Part shown: positions 33,340-42,889 of the stretch, in pieces
How the letters are laid out: each line of letters begins with the position of its first letter
How positions within the stretch are numbered: the first letter of the stretch is position 1
Assembly: GCA_963728205.1 (NCBI GenBank)
Contig: CAVSIV010000006.1
Location: forward strand, 960,001 to 1,024,000
DNA from: an uncultured Chloroflexia bacterium
Lineage (GTDB): Bacteria; Chloroflexota; Dehalococcoidia; UBA2979
Reading direction: 5' to 3'
Length of the DNA: 64,000 nucleotides
Program-made: the position numbers and the translations under genes
Notes under the pieces: model-generated
The model's database searches: none
Told to the model about the DNA's origin: nothing
The model's input: only the letters and a program-made list of their open reading frames with translations

Positions 33340-34112
33340 TCGCGCTCGCGAACCAGAAGGGCGGGGTCGGGAAGACGACCACCGCCGTCTCGCTGGCGGC
33401 GGCGCTCGCCGACCGCGGTCAGCGCGTCCTGCTGCTCGACGCCGACCCACAGGCCAACGCCACGTCCGCGCTGGGCAGCGACCCAGTCGAGGGCGCGCTC
33501 TACGCCGCGCTCGTCGGCGACGGCAGCCTCGAACCCTCAATCCAGGCCACCGGCACGCCCGGCCTCTTCGTGATCCCCGCGACCACCAGCCTCGCCGGCG
33601 CGGAGGTGGAGCTCGTCGGCGTGATGGCCCGCGAGTTCCGCATGAAGCGCGCGATCGAGCCGCTGCGGCCGCGCTTCGACATCATCCTTGTCGATTGCCC
33701 GCCGTCGCTCGGACTGCTCACCGTGAACGCGCTCGCGGCAGCCGACGAGGTGATCGTCCCGGTGCAGTGCGAGTACTTCGCCCTCGAGGGCCTCGGGCAT
33801 CTGGCGCACACCATCGACCTGGTGCGGCGCAACCTGAACACCGGCCTCCGGCTGCGCGGCGTGCTGCTCACGATGTTCGACGCGCGCACCAACCTGTCGC
33901 GCGACGTCGAGGCGGAGGTGCGCCGCCACTTCGAGAACACCTTCCGCGTCGTGATCCCGCGGTCCGTCCGGCTCTCGGAAGCCCCGAGCCACGGCGAGCC
34001 GATTCAGCGCTACGACCCGCTCTCCGCCGGCGCGCGCGCCTACGACGACCTCGCCGACGAACTGCTCGCGCAGCTGCGCGCCGCCGTGCCGGGAGGTACG
34101 CATGGGACGTAG
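33327..34112 (+). CDS. parA: chromosome partitioning ATPase ParA/Soj
   Basis: ANQKGGVGKTTT, DADPQANAT, DCPPSLGLLT, PVQCEYFALEG. Confidence 0.96.
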   Translation: MAVVIALANQKGGVGKTTTAVSLAAALADRGQRVLLLDADPQANATSALGSDPVEGALYAALVGDGSLEPSIQATGTPGLFVIPATTSLAGAEVELVGVMAREFRMKRAIEPLRPRFDIILVDCPPSLGLLTVNALAAADEVIVPVQCEYFALEGLGHLAHTIDLVRRNLNTGLRLRGVLLTMFDARTNLSRDVEAEVRRHFENTFRVVIPRSVRLSEAPSHGEPIQRYDPLSAGARAYDDLADELLAQLRAAVPGGTHGT

Positions 34113-35049
34113 ATCGACTACCGGGCGCGGACTGGGCCGCGGCCTCGGCGCGCTCATCCCCGGCTCCGACGAGCCGGCCCCCACCGCGGACGCGCGCATC
34201 CCGACGAGCGACGTGCCGATCGACCTCGTCGTCGCGAATCCCCAGCAGCCGCGCACGGCCTTCAACCCCGAGCAGCTGACGGAACTCACTGAGTCGATCC
34301 GCGAGCACGGCATCATCCAGCCGCTGCTCGTGTCCGAGCAGGTCGACGCCGACGGGCAGACCGTCTACCAGCTGATCGCCGGCGAGCGGCGGCTGCGGGC
34401 CGCTCGTGCGGCCGGCCTCGAACGAGTCCCCGTGACCGTGCGCCAGACGACGCCACAGGAGCTGCTCGAGCTGGCGATCGTCGAGAACGTGCAGCGCGCG
34501 GACCTGAGCCCACTGGAAGAGGCGCTCGCCTACCAGCGACTGATGGACGAGTTCGCGCTCAACCAGCGCGAGGTCGGCGAGCGCGTCGGCAAGTCGCGCA
34601 CGGCCGTCGCGAACACGCTGCGGCTGATCGAGCTCCCGTCCGCGCTGCGCGACGCCCTGGCCGCCGGCGAGCTCTCCGAGGGACACGCGCGGGCGCTGCT
34701 CGGCCTGCCCACGGAAGCGGCACGGCTCGACGCCTGGCAGCGCGTGCGCGATGGCAAGCTCAACGTGCGCCAGACCGAGCGCCTCGTGCGCCAGTGGCGC
34801 GACGGCGGCGCGGACGACTCCGCACCCGCGGCGGCCGCCGACCCGACCGCCCCTTCCCCGTCCCCCGGTGCCGGTTCCGGCACCGCTGCGACGCTCGACG
34901 GCGTCGAGCAGGCCCTTCAGCGCTCGCTCGGGACGCGCGTGCAACTGAAGCGCTCGGGCACCGGACGCGGTACGGTCACCATCCACTTCTACAGCGACGA
35001 AGAGCTGGACGGGCTGCTCGAGCGGCTGCTCGACGGCGCCGAGCTCTAA
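34102..35049 (+). CDS. parB: chromosome partitioning protein ParB/Spo0J
   Basis: GLGRGLGALI, NPQQPR, IAGERRLRAA, ENVQRADLSPLEEA, KSRTAVANTLRL. Confidence 0.96.
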   Translation: MGRRSTTGRGLGRGLGALIPGSDEPAPTADARIPTSDVPIDLVVANPQQPRTAFNPEQLTELTESIREHGIIQPLLVSEQVDADGQTVYQLIAGERRLRAARAAGLERVPVTVRQTTPQELLELAIVENVQRADLSPLEEALAYQRLMDEFALNQREVGERVGKSRTAVANTLRLIELPSALRDALAAGELSEGHARALLGLPTEAARLDAWQRVRDGKLNVRQTERLVRQWRDGGADDSAPAAAADPTAPSPSPGAGSGTAATLDGVEQALQRSLGTRVQLKRSGTGRGTVTIHFYSDEELDGLLERLLDGAEL

Positions 35050-35085
35050 ACGGCACGACGCGGGCACGACGGACGGGACGACGGC

Positions 35086-35541
35086 ATGAGCGTGGCGGAA
35101 CGGCTGGCCGAGCAGGGGATCGCGCTCCCGAGCCCGTCGGCGCTCGCGCTCTACCGGCCGGCGGTGCGCACCGGCAACCTCGTCTTCGTGTCCGGTCAGG
35201 TCGCGATGCGCGGCGGTGCCATCCTCCATCCCGGCCGCCTCGGCGAGGCGGTCAGCGTCGAGCAGGGCCGCGAGGCGGCTCGCGTCTGCACGATCAACGC
35301 GCTCGGCGCCGCGAACGCGCTCCTCGGCTCGCTCGAGGGCGTGCGCGTGGTGCGCGCCGTCGGCTACGTTGCGTGTGCCCCGACGTTCACGGAGCACCCG
35401 CAGGTCGTGAACGGCGCCAGCGAGCTGCTGCGTGACCTGCTCGGCGAGGAGCGCGGTGTCGGCGCGCGGCTGGCGCTGGGCGTCGCCTCGCTGCCGCTCG
35501 ATTCCCCGGTGGAGCTGGAGCTGATCCTGGAGACGGACTGA
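35086..35541 (+). CDS. RidA/YjgF family protein
   Basis: AVRTGNLVFVSGQ, VNGASELL, ARLALGVASLPLDSPVELE. Confidence 0.9.
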   Translation: MSVAERLAEQGIALPSPSALALYRPAVRTGNLVFVSGQVAMRGGAILHPGRLGEAVSVEQGREAARVCTINALGAANALLGSLEGVRVVRAVGYVACAPTFTEHPQVVNGASELLRDLLGEERGVGARLALGVASLPLDSPVELELILETD

Positions 35542-35544
35542 CCC

Positions 35545-36039
35545 ATGGCACGCATCGACTTCGTCACCGGCGCCCCGCTGCGCTACATGCCGCTCGTGGA
35601 CGACCTGGCGACGATCTCCGACGGCGTCGAGGCCGTGCTCAAGCGCCACCCGGGCGCGGACCTGCGCCACGCGCCGGCCGGCGGCGGGTGGTCGGGCGCA
35701 CGCGTGCTCGCACACATGTTCAGCTACGCCCGCCACAACGGCGGCTTCATCCGCCAGGTCGCCTGGATGACCGACCCGACGCGGCAGCCATGGGACGAGG
35801 AGGCCGAGGTGCAGGCCGAGGGCTGGCTCCAGCTCGACGCCGCGCGCTACGTCTCCGAGCTCGACGCGCTGCTCGCGCCAACCGTGGAGCTGCTCTCGAC
35901 GACGCCCGACGCGTCATGGGGGCGCCCCGGGGTGCACCCGCAGAACGGTCGCCGCTCGCTGCGCCAGCTCGTGCGGGCGCATATCGACCACATGCGCGAG
36001 CACACCGCCCAGCTGGACGCGACGCTCTCGGCGTCGTAG
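35545..36039 (+). CDS. DinB family protein
   Basis: GGWSGARVLAHM...HIDHMREH His pattern. Confidence 0.75.
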   Translation: MARIDFVTGAPLRYMPLVDDLATISDGVEAVLKRHPGADLRHAPAGGGWSGARVLAHMFSYARHNGGFIRQVAWMTDPTRQPWDEEAEVQAEGWLQLDAARYVSELDALLAPTVELLSTTPDASWGRPGVHPQNGRRSLRQLVRAHIDHMREHTAQLDATLSAS

Positions 36040-36043
36040 CGCG

Positions 36044-36949
36044 CTAGTCCGCGACGAGGCGCAGCTTCTCGGGGTTGCGCAACACGAACACCTGCACGAG
36101 CTCCCCCGCCGGGTCGAACGCGAACACGAACAGCGCAACCAGTCGACCGCCGCGATAGGCGCGCAGCGCCGGCTGGCCGTTGTACTCCGCGGCGTCGACG
36201 CGGTCGACGGTCTCTTTCGCGGCGAAGCCGCTGAGGAGCCGCGAGACGCGATCCCTCCCGGACACCGGTCGCGTCGCCGCGACGGCGCGACCGCCGCCGT
36301 CCGACACCAGCACGACGTCCGCGGCGAGCAGATCGAGCAGGGGCTGCAGGTTGCCCTCCTCCGCCGCGGCGACGAAGCGCTGCATCGCCCGGCGACCGTG
36401 CTCGTCCGCCGGGTGCGCCGGGCGCAGCCCCTCCGCCGTGCGCGCCTCGTCGACGCGCCGGCGGGCGCGCCGCAGCGCCTGCCGCGACGCGACCGCCGTG
36501 CGGCCGATCACGCGCCCGATCTCCTCGTGGCCGTAGTCGAACGCGTCGTGCAGCACGAGCACGGCACGTTCGACCGGGTTCAGCCGCTCCAGCAGCCAGA
36601 GAAAGGCAATCGACGCGCTCTGCTGACGCGCCAGCCACTCCGCCGGCTCGTCGTCCCGGAGCCGGTGCGTGGGCACCGGCTCCGGGAGCCACGGACCGAC
36701 GTATGCCTCGCGCCGCGCGTGCGCCGAGCGCAGGACGTCGAGAGCGAGCCGCGTCACCACGGTCACCAGGTACGGCCGCGGCGACTCGACCTCCTCCGGG
36801 GCAACGCGGCTGAACCGGATCCACGCATCCTGCAGCACGTCCTCGGCGTCCTGCGCGCTCCCGAGCAGCCGGTACGCGACGCCGAAGAGATGAGCGCGGT
36901 GCCGCTCGAAGATCGCCGTCGCGTCGTCCATCGCCCGCTCCGCGCTCAC
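36044..36949 (-). CDS. sigJ: ECF41/SigJ-type RNA polymerase sigma factor
   Basis: YVGPWLPEP, SDGGG, NPEKL motifs with SnoaL-like C-terminal extension; start at 36949 or 36931. Confidence 0.92.
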   Translation of the reverse strand: MSAERAMDDATAIFERHRAHLFGVAYRLLGSAQDAEDVLQDAWIRFSRVAPEEVESPRPYLVTVVTRLALDVLRSAHARREAYVGPWLPEPVPTHRLRDDEPAEWLARQQSASIAFLWLLERLNPVERAVLVLHDAFDYGHEEIGRVIGRTAVASRQALRRARRRVDEARTAEGLRPAHPADEHGRRAMQRFVAAAEEGNLQPLLDLLAADVVLVSDGGGRAVAATRPVSGRDRVSRLLSGFAAKETVDRVDAAEYNGQPALRAYRGGRLVALFVFAFDPAGELVQVFVLRNPEKLRLVAD

Positions 36950-36966
36950 GGCCCCGGCCCCGTCTG

Positions 36967-38265
36967 TCACGCCGTGCCGATGGGCGCCGCGGCGCGCACA
37001 TAGGCGAGCGCGCCGTCCGCCGCCGCCATCGCGCTCTCGAGCGCGCCCTCGGCAAGCAGGCGCGCGCTGCGCACCCAGTCCCCCGCGAGGAATACGCCGG
37101 CCACCGCTGGCGCGTCGACCGCCGGGCGGCCCGGCAGGCCGCCGCGCGCGGCGAGCGGGAGCGACTCCATCACCGTCATCCCGGGGAAGAAGCGCGCCTC
37201 CACGAGGACATCGCGCCAGCCCGGCGCGACGACGTCGGCAAACGCCTCGAGGCTCGCGCGCACCGCGGCGGGATCGATTGTCTCCCCCGCGCGCAGGTAG
37301 CGCGCGACGACCACCGACGCGCCGCCGCCGGGCGCGAGGCGTGCCCACTGCGAGTGCTCGGAGTAGTAGAGCGGGCGGTCGATTCCGAGCCCGAACGCGT
37401 GCGCACCCGCCGGCCGGCACGAGAGCGCGAGGTCCAGCCACGACGCCTCGACCGGCACGGCGTCCGCGGCCGCCGTCGCGACCAGCGCGTCATCGGGGAG
37501 CAGCTCGCGGGCGACGCCGGGCGCGACCGCGAGCACGACGGCGTCGGCGTCCACCACCTCGCCGCCGGCGAGGCGCACGCCGCGCACACGCGCGTCGTGG
37601 AGCACGGCAGCCACGCGCGCGCCGCCGCGGATCTCCGCGCCCGCCGCCTCCGCGGCGACGCGCAGGCCGTCGACAATCTCGCCCCAGCCTCCGTCGGGGT
37701 ACATCACGCCGCCCGCGCTCACCTGCCCCACGAACGCGCCGGCGGAGAGCTGTGCGGGCGCGTCGGCGTAGGTCGCGAGCCGCGCGGTAGCCTCGACGAG
37801 GCGCCGCACGCGCGGGGCCTGCACGTGCTCGTCCAGCCACTCCGCAAGCGACACGCCGGCGAGCGCCGCGGCGTCGGCCCCGCGCAGCGCCGTGAACGCG
37901 CGCGCCGCGGCGAGCTTCTCGCCCGGCCCGAGGAGCCGCGTCATGGCGAGCGAGCGCCCGTCGAGCGGCAGCCGGTGCAGCGCGTCGCCATCGACGGCGA
38001 GGTAGCCGGACGGCACGCCACCGGTCACCCGCACGCCAAGGTCCTCGAGCAACGCCCGCGCGCCGGCGTACAGCGCGTGCGGGCCGAGGTTGAAGCGGTA
38101 TCCGGCCTGCTCCCGCGTGAGCGCGCGCCCGCCCGGTTCGCGAGCGCGCTCGAGGACCGTCACGCGGGCGCCGCCGCGCGCCAGCCGCGTCGCCGCCGCG
38201 AGCCCGGCGATGCCGCCGCCGACGACCGCGACGCGTTGCCGGTCCGCTCCGTGATGGTTCTGCAT
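36967..38265 (-). CDS. FAD-dependent oxidoreductase (phytoene dehydrogenase-like)
   Basis: VVGGGIAGL, GGRA, FNLGPHAL, VFLAGDW. Confidence 0.88.
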   Translation of the reverse strand: MQNHHGADRQRVAVVGGGIAGLAAATRLARGGARVTVLERAREPGGRALTREQAGYRFNLGPHALYAGARALLEDLGVRVTGGVPSGYLAVDGDALHRLPLDGRSLAMTRLLGPGEKLAAARAFTALRGADAAALAGVSLAEWLDEHVQAPRVRRLVEATARLATYADAPAQLSAGAFVGQVSAGGVMYPDGGWGEIVDGLRVAAEAAGAEIRGGARVAAVLHDARVRGVRLAGGEVVDADAVVLAVAPGVARELLPDDALVATAAADAVPVEASWLDLALSCRPAGAHAFGLGIDRPLYYSEHSQWARLAPGGGASVVVARYLRAGETIDPAAVRASLEAFADVVAPGWRDVLVEARFFPGMTVMESLPLAARGGLPGRPAVDAPAVAGVFLAGDWVRSARLLAEGALESAMAAADGALAYVRAAAPIGTA

Positions 38266-38311
38266 GATGGCGTCCCTTCTCCGCGCCCCCCGCGGGGCGT
38301 CACACAATGGA

Positions 38312-38338
38312 GACGGGATGGCGCGCGAAAACGTGACA
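38312..38338 (-). promoter_or_regulatory. ECF41 target promoter
   Basis: TGTCACG-N16-CGTC matches ECF41 consensus TGTCACA-N16-CGTC. Confidence 0.75.
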
Positions 38339-38378
38339 ACCACGCAGGCGCGGCGAGCGGGGCGCGCGGCGACGAGCG

Positions 38379-39230
38379 CTACCCCACTTCAATCGGCAGT
38401 TCCGGCCGGCGCGACCACTCCGCCCAGGAGCCGTCGTAGTTGCGGGCGAGCTTCCAGCCGAGCAGCTCGTACATCGCGAACCACGACGCTGCCGAGCGGA
38501 TGCCGCCCCCGCAGTAGGGGAAGACGGGGCGTGTCCCGTCGATGCCGGCCGCGGCGTAGAGCGAGCGCAGCTGCTCGGGCGAGCGGAAGCGACCGTCGTC
38601 GTCGACGAGCAGCTCCCAGTTGAGGTGCGTCGCACGTGGGATGCGGCCGGCGCGCGGCGCGGGGTGCGACCCCGGGGACGCGCCCGTCCACTCGTCGTCG
38701 GTGCGGCAGTCGAGCACGCGCTCCCCGTGCCCGCCCTGCGCCACCGCGAGCACCTCCTCCGCCGTCGCGATGACCGACGGGTCGGGGTCGCCGACGCCGC
38801 ACGTGACGGGCGTGATCGCCGGCTCGGTTGTCGTCGTCGGCAGGCCGGCGCGCGCGAGCGCCTCCAGGGAGCGATCGGCCATGTGCATCCGCGGCCAGCC
38901 GTAGTAGCGCAGCACCCAGTAGCCGCGCGACGGCCACATCGACTTCGTCGAGGCGACGAAGACGACGCGTTTCGACTCGTCGATGCCCAGCCGGCCGAGG
39001 GTCGCCGCGAGCTCCGGGCCAAGCGGAACGAGCGCGCGGATCCCGCCGCGCTCGACGGTGAAGTCGTCGTAGCCGTGCGCGAAGACGGCGCCGGGCAGGT
39101 GGCCGCGCTCGTACTCCGCGCGATCCCCGGCGACGTGGACGATGGCGAGGTCGGGGTCGTCGAGATGCGCGCGCAGCCACTCCGGATCGACGAGCGGCCC
39201 CGGATCGGCGGGCGAAATATCGGGCGTCAT
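38379..39230 (-). CDS. sulfurtransferase (two-domain rhodanese)
   Basis: YERGHLPGA, GRIPRA, YCGGGIRS, YDGSWAEW. Confidence 0.93.
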   Translation of the reverse strand: MTPDISPADPGPLVDPEWLRAHLDDPDLAIVHVAGDRAEYERGHLPGAVFAHGYDDFTVERGGIRALVPLGPELAATLGRLGIDESKRVVFVASTKSMWPSRGYWVLRYYGWPRMHMADRSLEALARAGLPTTTTEPAITPVTCGVGDPDPSVIATAEEVLAVAQGGHGERVLDCRTDDEWTGASPGSHPAPRAGRIPRATHLNWELLVDDDGRFRSPEQLRSLYAAAGIDGTRPVFPYCGGGIRSAASWFAMYELLGWKLARNYDGSWAEWSRRPELPIEVG

Positions 39231-39320
39231 GGTGTCCCTCAGCGTCTCGCGCCGTCGAGCGGCGCACGGCGATCGGTGGGCGCGCGCAGCGTAGCGCAGG
39301 CCGGCGCGGCGGCGGGGACG

Positions 39321-40463
39321 CTACTCTCCGCCGCCGGCGTCGGGCGCACCGCCCTGGTCGCCGGCGGCACCGCCGGCGCCGCGACGGCGGCGGCCTCCGC
39401 GGCGGCCGCGGCGGCGGCGGCGGCGCGGCTGGTCGTCGTCCGGCGACTCATCCGCCGGCTCAAGATCCGCTTCCGCGGGGCCCGCGACGCCGGCCGGCGG
39501 CACCTCGGGTCGCGCCGCCGGGTCGGGCCGGCGGCGCGCAGGCGGACGCTCGGTCACGGGCTCCAGCGTCGCGATCGTCGACTCCCGGATGCGCCGGTCC
39601 TTCTCGCGCCGCGGCTGCTCGACCGTCGCCTCGAGCTCCTCGGGGCGCACGGCCGTGCCGTACTGCCCGCGCAGCTCCTCGACCGTCATTTCGACGACCT
39701 CTCCGGTCTCGTCGAAGCGCAGGCGCATCGTCTGCTTGAGCGTGTTCAGCGAGAGCACCTTCGCGCGGCCCACGGGCGTCGTCACGCGCTTGCCGACCTT
39801 CGGCAGGTCGCCGCGCAGCTCGCGGTACGCCTCTACCTCGAACGAGAGGCAGCAGAGGAGGCGCCCGCAGACCCCCGAGATCTTCGTCGGGTTCGGAGAG
39901 AGGTCCTGGTCCTTCGCCATCTTGATCGAGATCTGGGGGAACGACGTCATCCAGCTCGAGCAGCACAGCGCACGACCGCACTGTCCGATGCCGCCGACGG
40001 CCTTCGCGCGGTCGCGGTCGCCGACCTGCTCGACCACGAGGTTGCGCACGCCGAGCTCCTCGGCGAAGTGGCGACGGAACCAGTCGTGCTCGACGCGGTC
40101 ACCCGCCGTGTAGGTGAGCTCGCCGAACTCCCCCGCCAGGTCATAGGTCACGGTCGCGACGCGGAGGCGGGGGTCGGAGCGCGTCGCGAGCGCCTGCGCG
40201 CGGCCGATGTCCTCCTGCGCCTGCCGCTTGCGCGCGCGCCAGGCGTCGACGTCGTCCTCGGTCGCGATGCGGTCGACGACTCGCAGCGGGCCCTCGAGCG
40301 TCGCGGAGAGCACCTGGTCGGGCGTGAGCACGACCCAGCCGAGACGCTCGCCGCAATCGGTGCGGACGACGACGTAGTCGCCGATGCCGAGCGCGAGCGC
40401 GCCCGGGCCGCAGTACGTGATGGGGCCGGCTTCGATGAAGCGCACCCCGACAACCTGGTCCAT
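39321..40463 (-). CDS. ricT: PSP1-domain protein RicT/YaaT
   Basis: VVGVRF, GGIGQCGRALCCSSW, KISGVCGRLLCCLSFE. Confidence 0.88.
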   Translation of the reverse strand: MDQVVGVRFIEAGPITYCGPGALALGIGDYVVVRTDCGERLGWVVLTPDQVLSATLEGPLRVVDRIATEDDVDAWRARKRQAQEDIGRAQALATRSDPRLRVATVTYDLAGEFGELTYTAGDRVEHDWFRRHFAEELGVRNLVVEQVGDRDRAKAVGGIGQCGRALCCSSWMTSFPQISIKMAKDQDLSPNPTKISGVCGRLLCCLSFEVEAYRELRGDLPKVGKRVTTPVGRAKVLSLNTLKQTMRLRFDETGEVVEMTVEELRGQYGTAVRPEELEATVEQPRREKDRRIRESTIATLEPVTERPPARRRPDPAARPEVPPAGVAGPAEADLEPADESPDDDQPRRRRRRGRRGGRRRRGAGGAAGDQGGAPDAGGGE

Positions 40464-40489
40464 CTGATCCCCGCGAGGCGCCGCCGGCG

Positions 40490-41582
40490 TCAGTGCGCCG
40501 CCGGAGTCGCCGGCTCGCGGGCCCCCTTCCCGGTGCGCAGCGGGAGGTCGAGCATCATCACCTCGACCGTCAGCTGCGGGTTCGTGTTCTGCAGCAGGTG
40601 CTCGCGCGCCCGCTGCACGGCCTGGAGCGCGCGCAGCGCCTCCGCCGGCGTGAATGCGTCGGCCGCCGCCGCCTCCGCGACGTGCGGCGCAGGCGCGACA
40701 CCCGCCGCGACGAGCAGCGCGTCGCGCCACCATTCGCGCCAGAGGTCGAGCGTGGCGAGGACGGCCTCGCGCTCGCGCGACCAGCGGCCGGAGAGCGTCT
40801 CGGCGTAGTCGAAGCGCTCGTTGCGGCCGGCGGTGGTCAGCCGGGCGATGTCGACGGTGACCGTCTCGCGCAGCACCTCGACCGCGGGATCGGCGTGCAT
40901 GCGCATCGCGAGGCCGTAGCGGCCGTGGGCCAGGCGCGCGAGGTCCGCGCCGCGCTCCGGCTCGATGCCGGCCGCGGCCAGCGCGGCCGCGGAGATCGGC
41001 GACGGGCGCGGGCCGCAGCACCAGCTCCTGGCAACGTGAGCGAACGGTGGGCAGGAGCGCGTCGATGTCGGTCGCGAGCAGCACGATCAGCACCGACGGC
41101 GGCGGCTCCTCGAGCGTCTTCAGCAGCGCGTGCGCCGCCTCGATCTGCAGGTCGTCGGCGACGTCGACGACGAAGATGCGGCGGCGCGCGGAGAACGGCG
41201 CCAGCGCGGCCACGCGCTCGAGGCGGCGCACCTGGCAGATGCGGATGCGCGTCGAGCGGTCGTTCGCGTGGTCGTGCCCGCTCTCGTCGCAGACGCCGCC
41301 GATCGCGATGCGCTCGATGTCGGGCGCGTCGCCGGCCTCCACCTGCCGGCAGGCGCGGCAAGCGCCGCACGGCGCCGGCTCACCGGCGGGGCCATCCACG
41401 GGCTCGGCGCAGCTGAGCGTCTGCGCGAGCCGCCGCGCGAGCGTCGCCTTGCCGACGCCAGGGGGGCCCGCGAACAGGTAGGAATGGGCGAGGTGGCCCG
41501 TCGCGATCGCGTGTTGCAGCACCGCGACCGCGTGGTCGGCGCCGAAGACACCCCAGGCGTTCGCGGACGTGGCCGCGGTCAC
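40490..41582 (-). CDS. holB: DNA polymerase III delta' subunit (+1 frameshift near 40991)
   Basis: HSYLFAGPPGVGKAT, PCGACRAC, LLKTLEEPP, LLPTVRSRCQ; C-terminal NTNPQLTVEVMMLDL in another frame. Confidence 0.9.
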
Positions 41583-41884
41583 GAGGCGCCGTCCTCGCTG
41601 CTGCGCGCGCGCAGCAGCGCGCCGGGCCGCGCGGGGCGGGCGTCGGAACGCGACGGAAGCGGAGGCGGCGCCGGCACGGCGGCCGCGATGTCAATCACAG
41701 GTCAACCCCGCACAGGCGGGTGCAACGTCGTTCAGTGCGCCGCCGTGGCGGCGCGACGCATTCGTCCGGGCCCGCCCCGCGCGAGCACCCCTGGGTCGCG
41801 GGGCGAGGTGGTGCCGATTATGGCACAGCACCGCCCCGCACTGAAGGCGGGGCGGTGCCGGGATTCGCTGCGACCGGCCGCGGG

Positions 41885-42274
41885 CTATCCCGGGTTCAGG
41901 CTGACCGCCGCCGGGAACTCGCGCGCTTGCGTCGATGCCGGGGGCGCCGGCTGGCGCGTCGCCATGCGACGGTAGCGCTGCAGGTCGTCGTTCGCGGCGA
42001 TGCGGCGGCGGCGCGGCGTGGAGCCCGGCGGCGGATCGATGCGCGCGCGGAACTGGCGCACCAGCTCGTCCAGGTACTCGGTCGTCAACTGCACGCGCAC
42101 CGGGCCGGCGTCGGTCGGCGCGAGCACGATGCGCACCGCGCGGCCGTCGCCGCTGAAGGACATCTCACCGCCGCCGGCATCGCGGTACGTCAGGCCGTGC
42201 CGCGCGCCGAAGAACTCGTGCACCTCGCGCACCACCGACGCCATCGGCAGTCGCGTCTCGAAGCTGACGTCCAC
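41885..42274 (-). CDS. hypothetical protein
   Basis: 129-aa ORF with GGGAGAG RBS downstream of zinc-ribbon gene. Confidence 0.55.
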   Translation of the reverse strand: MDVSFETRLPMASVVREVHEFFGARHGLTYRDAGGGEMSFSGDGRAVRIVLAPTDAGPVRVQLTTEYLDELVRQFRARIDPPPGSTPRRRRIAANDDLQRYRRMATRQPAPPASTQAREFPAAVSLNPG

Positions 42275-42322
42275 CGCGCTCTCCCTCGCTCCGCTCGACC
42301 GGTCCCGCGCAGCAGCGTGCCG

Positions 42323-42778
42323 CTAGCCGGCGTCGCCGTCCACCGTCGCGCGCTCCACGAGCGAGGCCTCGCGCTCGGCGACCTGCGCGGCCGACGCCGC
42401 GATGCGCGCCGCTGCGGCCTCGGCCTCGGCAGTTTCGCGCTCCTCCTGCTTCGACCGGACGTCGTTGTAGCAGTTCGAGCAGTAGACCGGCCAATCGCCG
42501 CGCGGCACGAACGGCACCTCGGTGGTGTTGCCGCACTGCGCACAGGTCGCGACGTGCAGCTGGCGCGGCGTGCGGCCGCCCCACGAGACGTAGACGCCGA
42601 AGTGCGGCGACTCCTCGCGGTCCTCGGGGCGCAGCATCTTGCGGCTCTGGCGACACGACGGGCAGCGCACCGGGTCGTGCTGCAGTCCCTTCGTCGCGTA
42701 GAACTCCTGCTCGCCGGCCGTGAAGACGAACGAGGCGCCGCAGTCGCGGCACGTCAGCTCGCGGTCGTTGAATGCCAT
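42323..42778 (-). CDS. zinc-ribbon domain protein (CxxC-x17-CxxC family)
   Basis: LTCRDCG..FVFTAGEQEFY..KG..PVRCPSCR and ATCAQCG...VPFVPRGDWPVYCSNCY; GGAGGAG RBS. Confidence 0.9.
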   Translation of the reverse strand: MAFNDRELTCRDCGASFVFTAGEQEFYATKGLQHDPVRCPSCRQSRKMLRPEDREESPHFGVYVSWGGRTPRQLHVATCAQCGNTTEVPFVPRGDWPVYCSNCYNDVRSKQEERETAEAEAAAARIAASAAQVAEREASLVERATVDGDAG

Positions 42779-42889
42779 GCGTACCTCTCCTCCGTCCGCC
42801 CGAACCAACGGGCGGCACGCGTCAGCCGGGCGCGGCTGCGCCCGGGCGGTGTGTGCTCCCTTGTGTCGGTTGGGGGCCTACCCAGTATA

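Noticed and set aside
39321-41582. Apparent 753-aa HolB-RicT fusion ORF
   Set aside because: Artefact of the +1 insertion near 40991; the true HolB C-terminus is in another frame and RicT has its own ATG at 40463.
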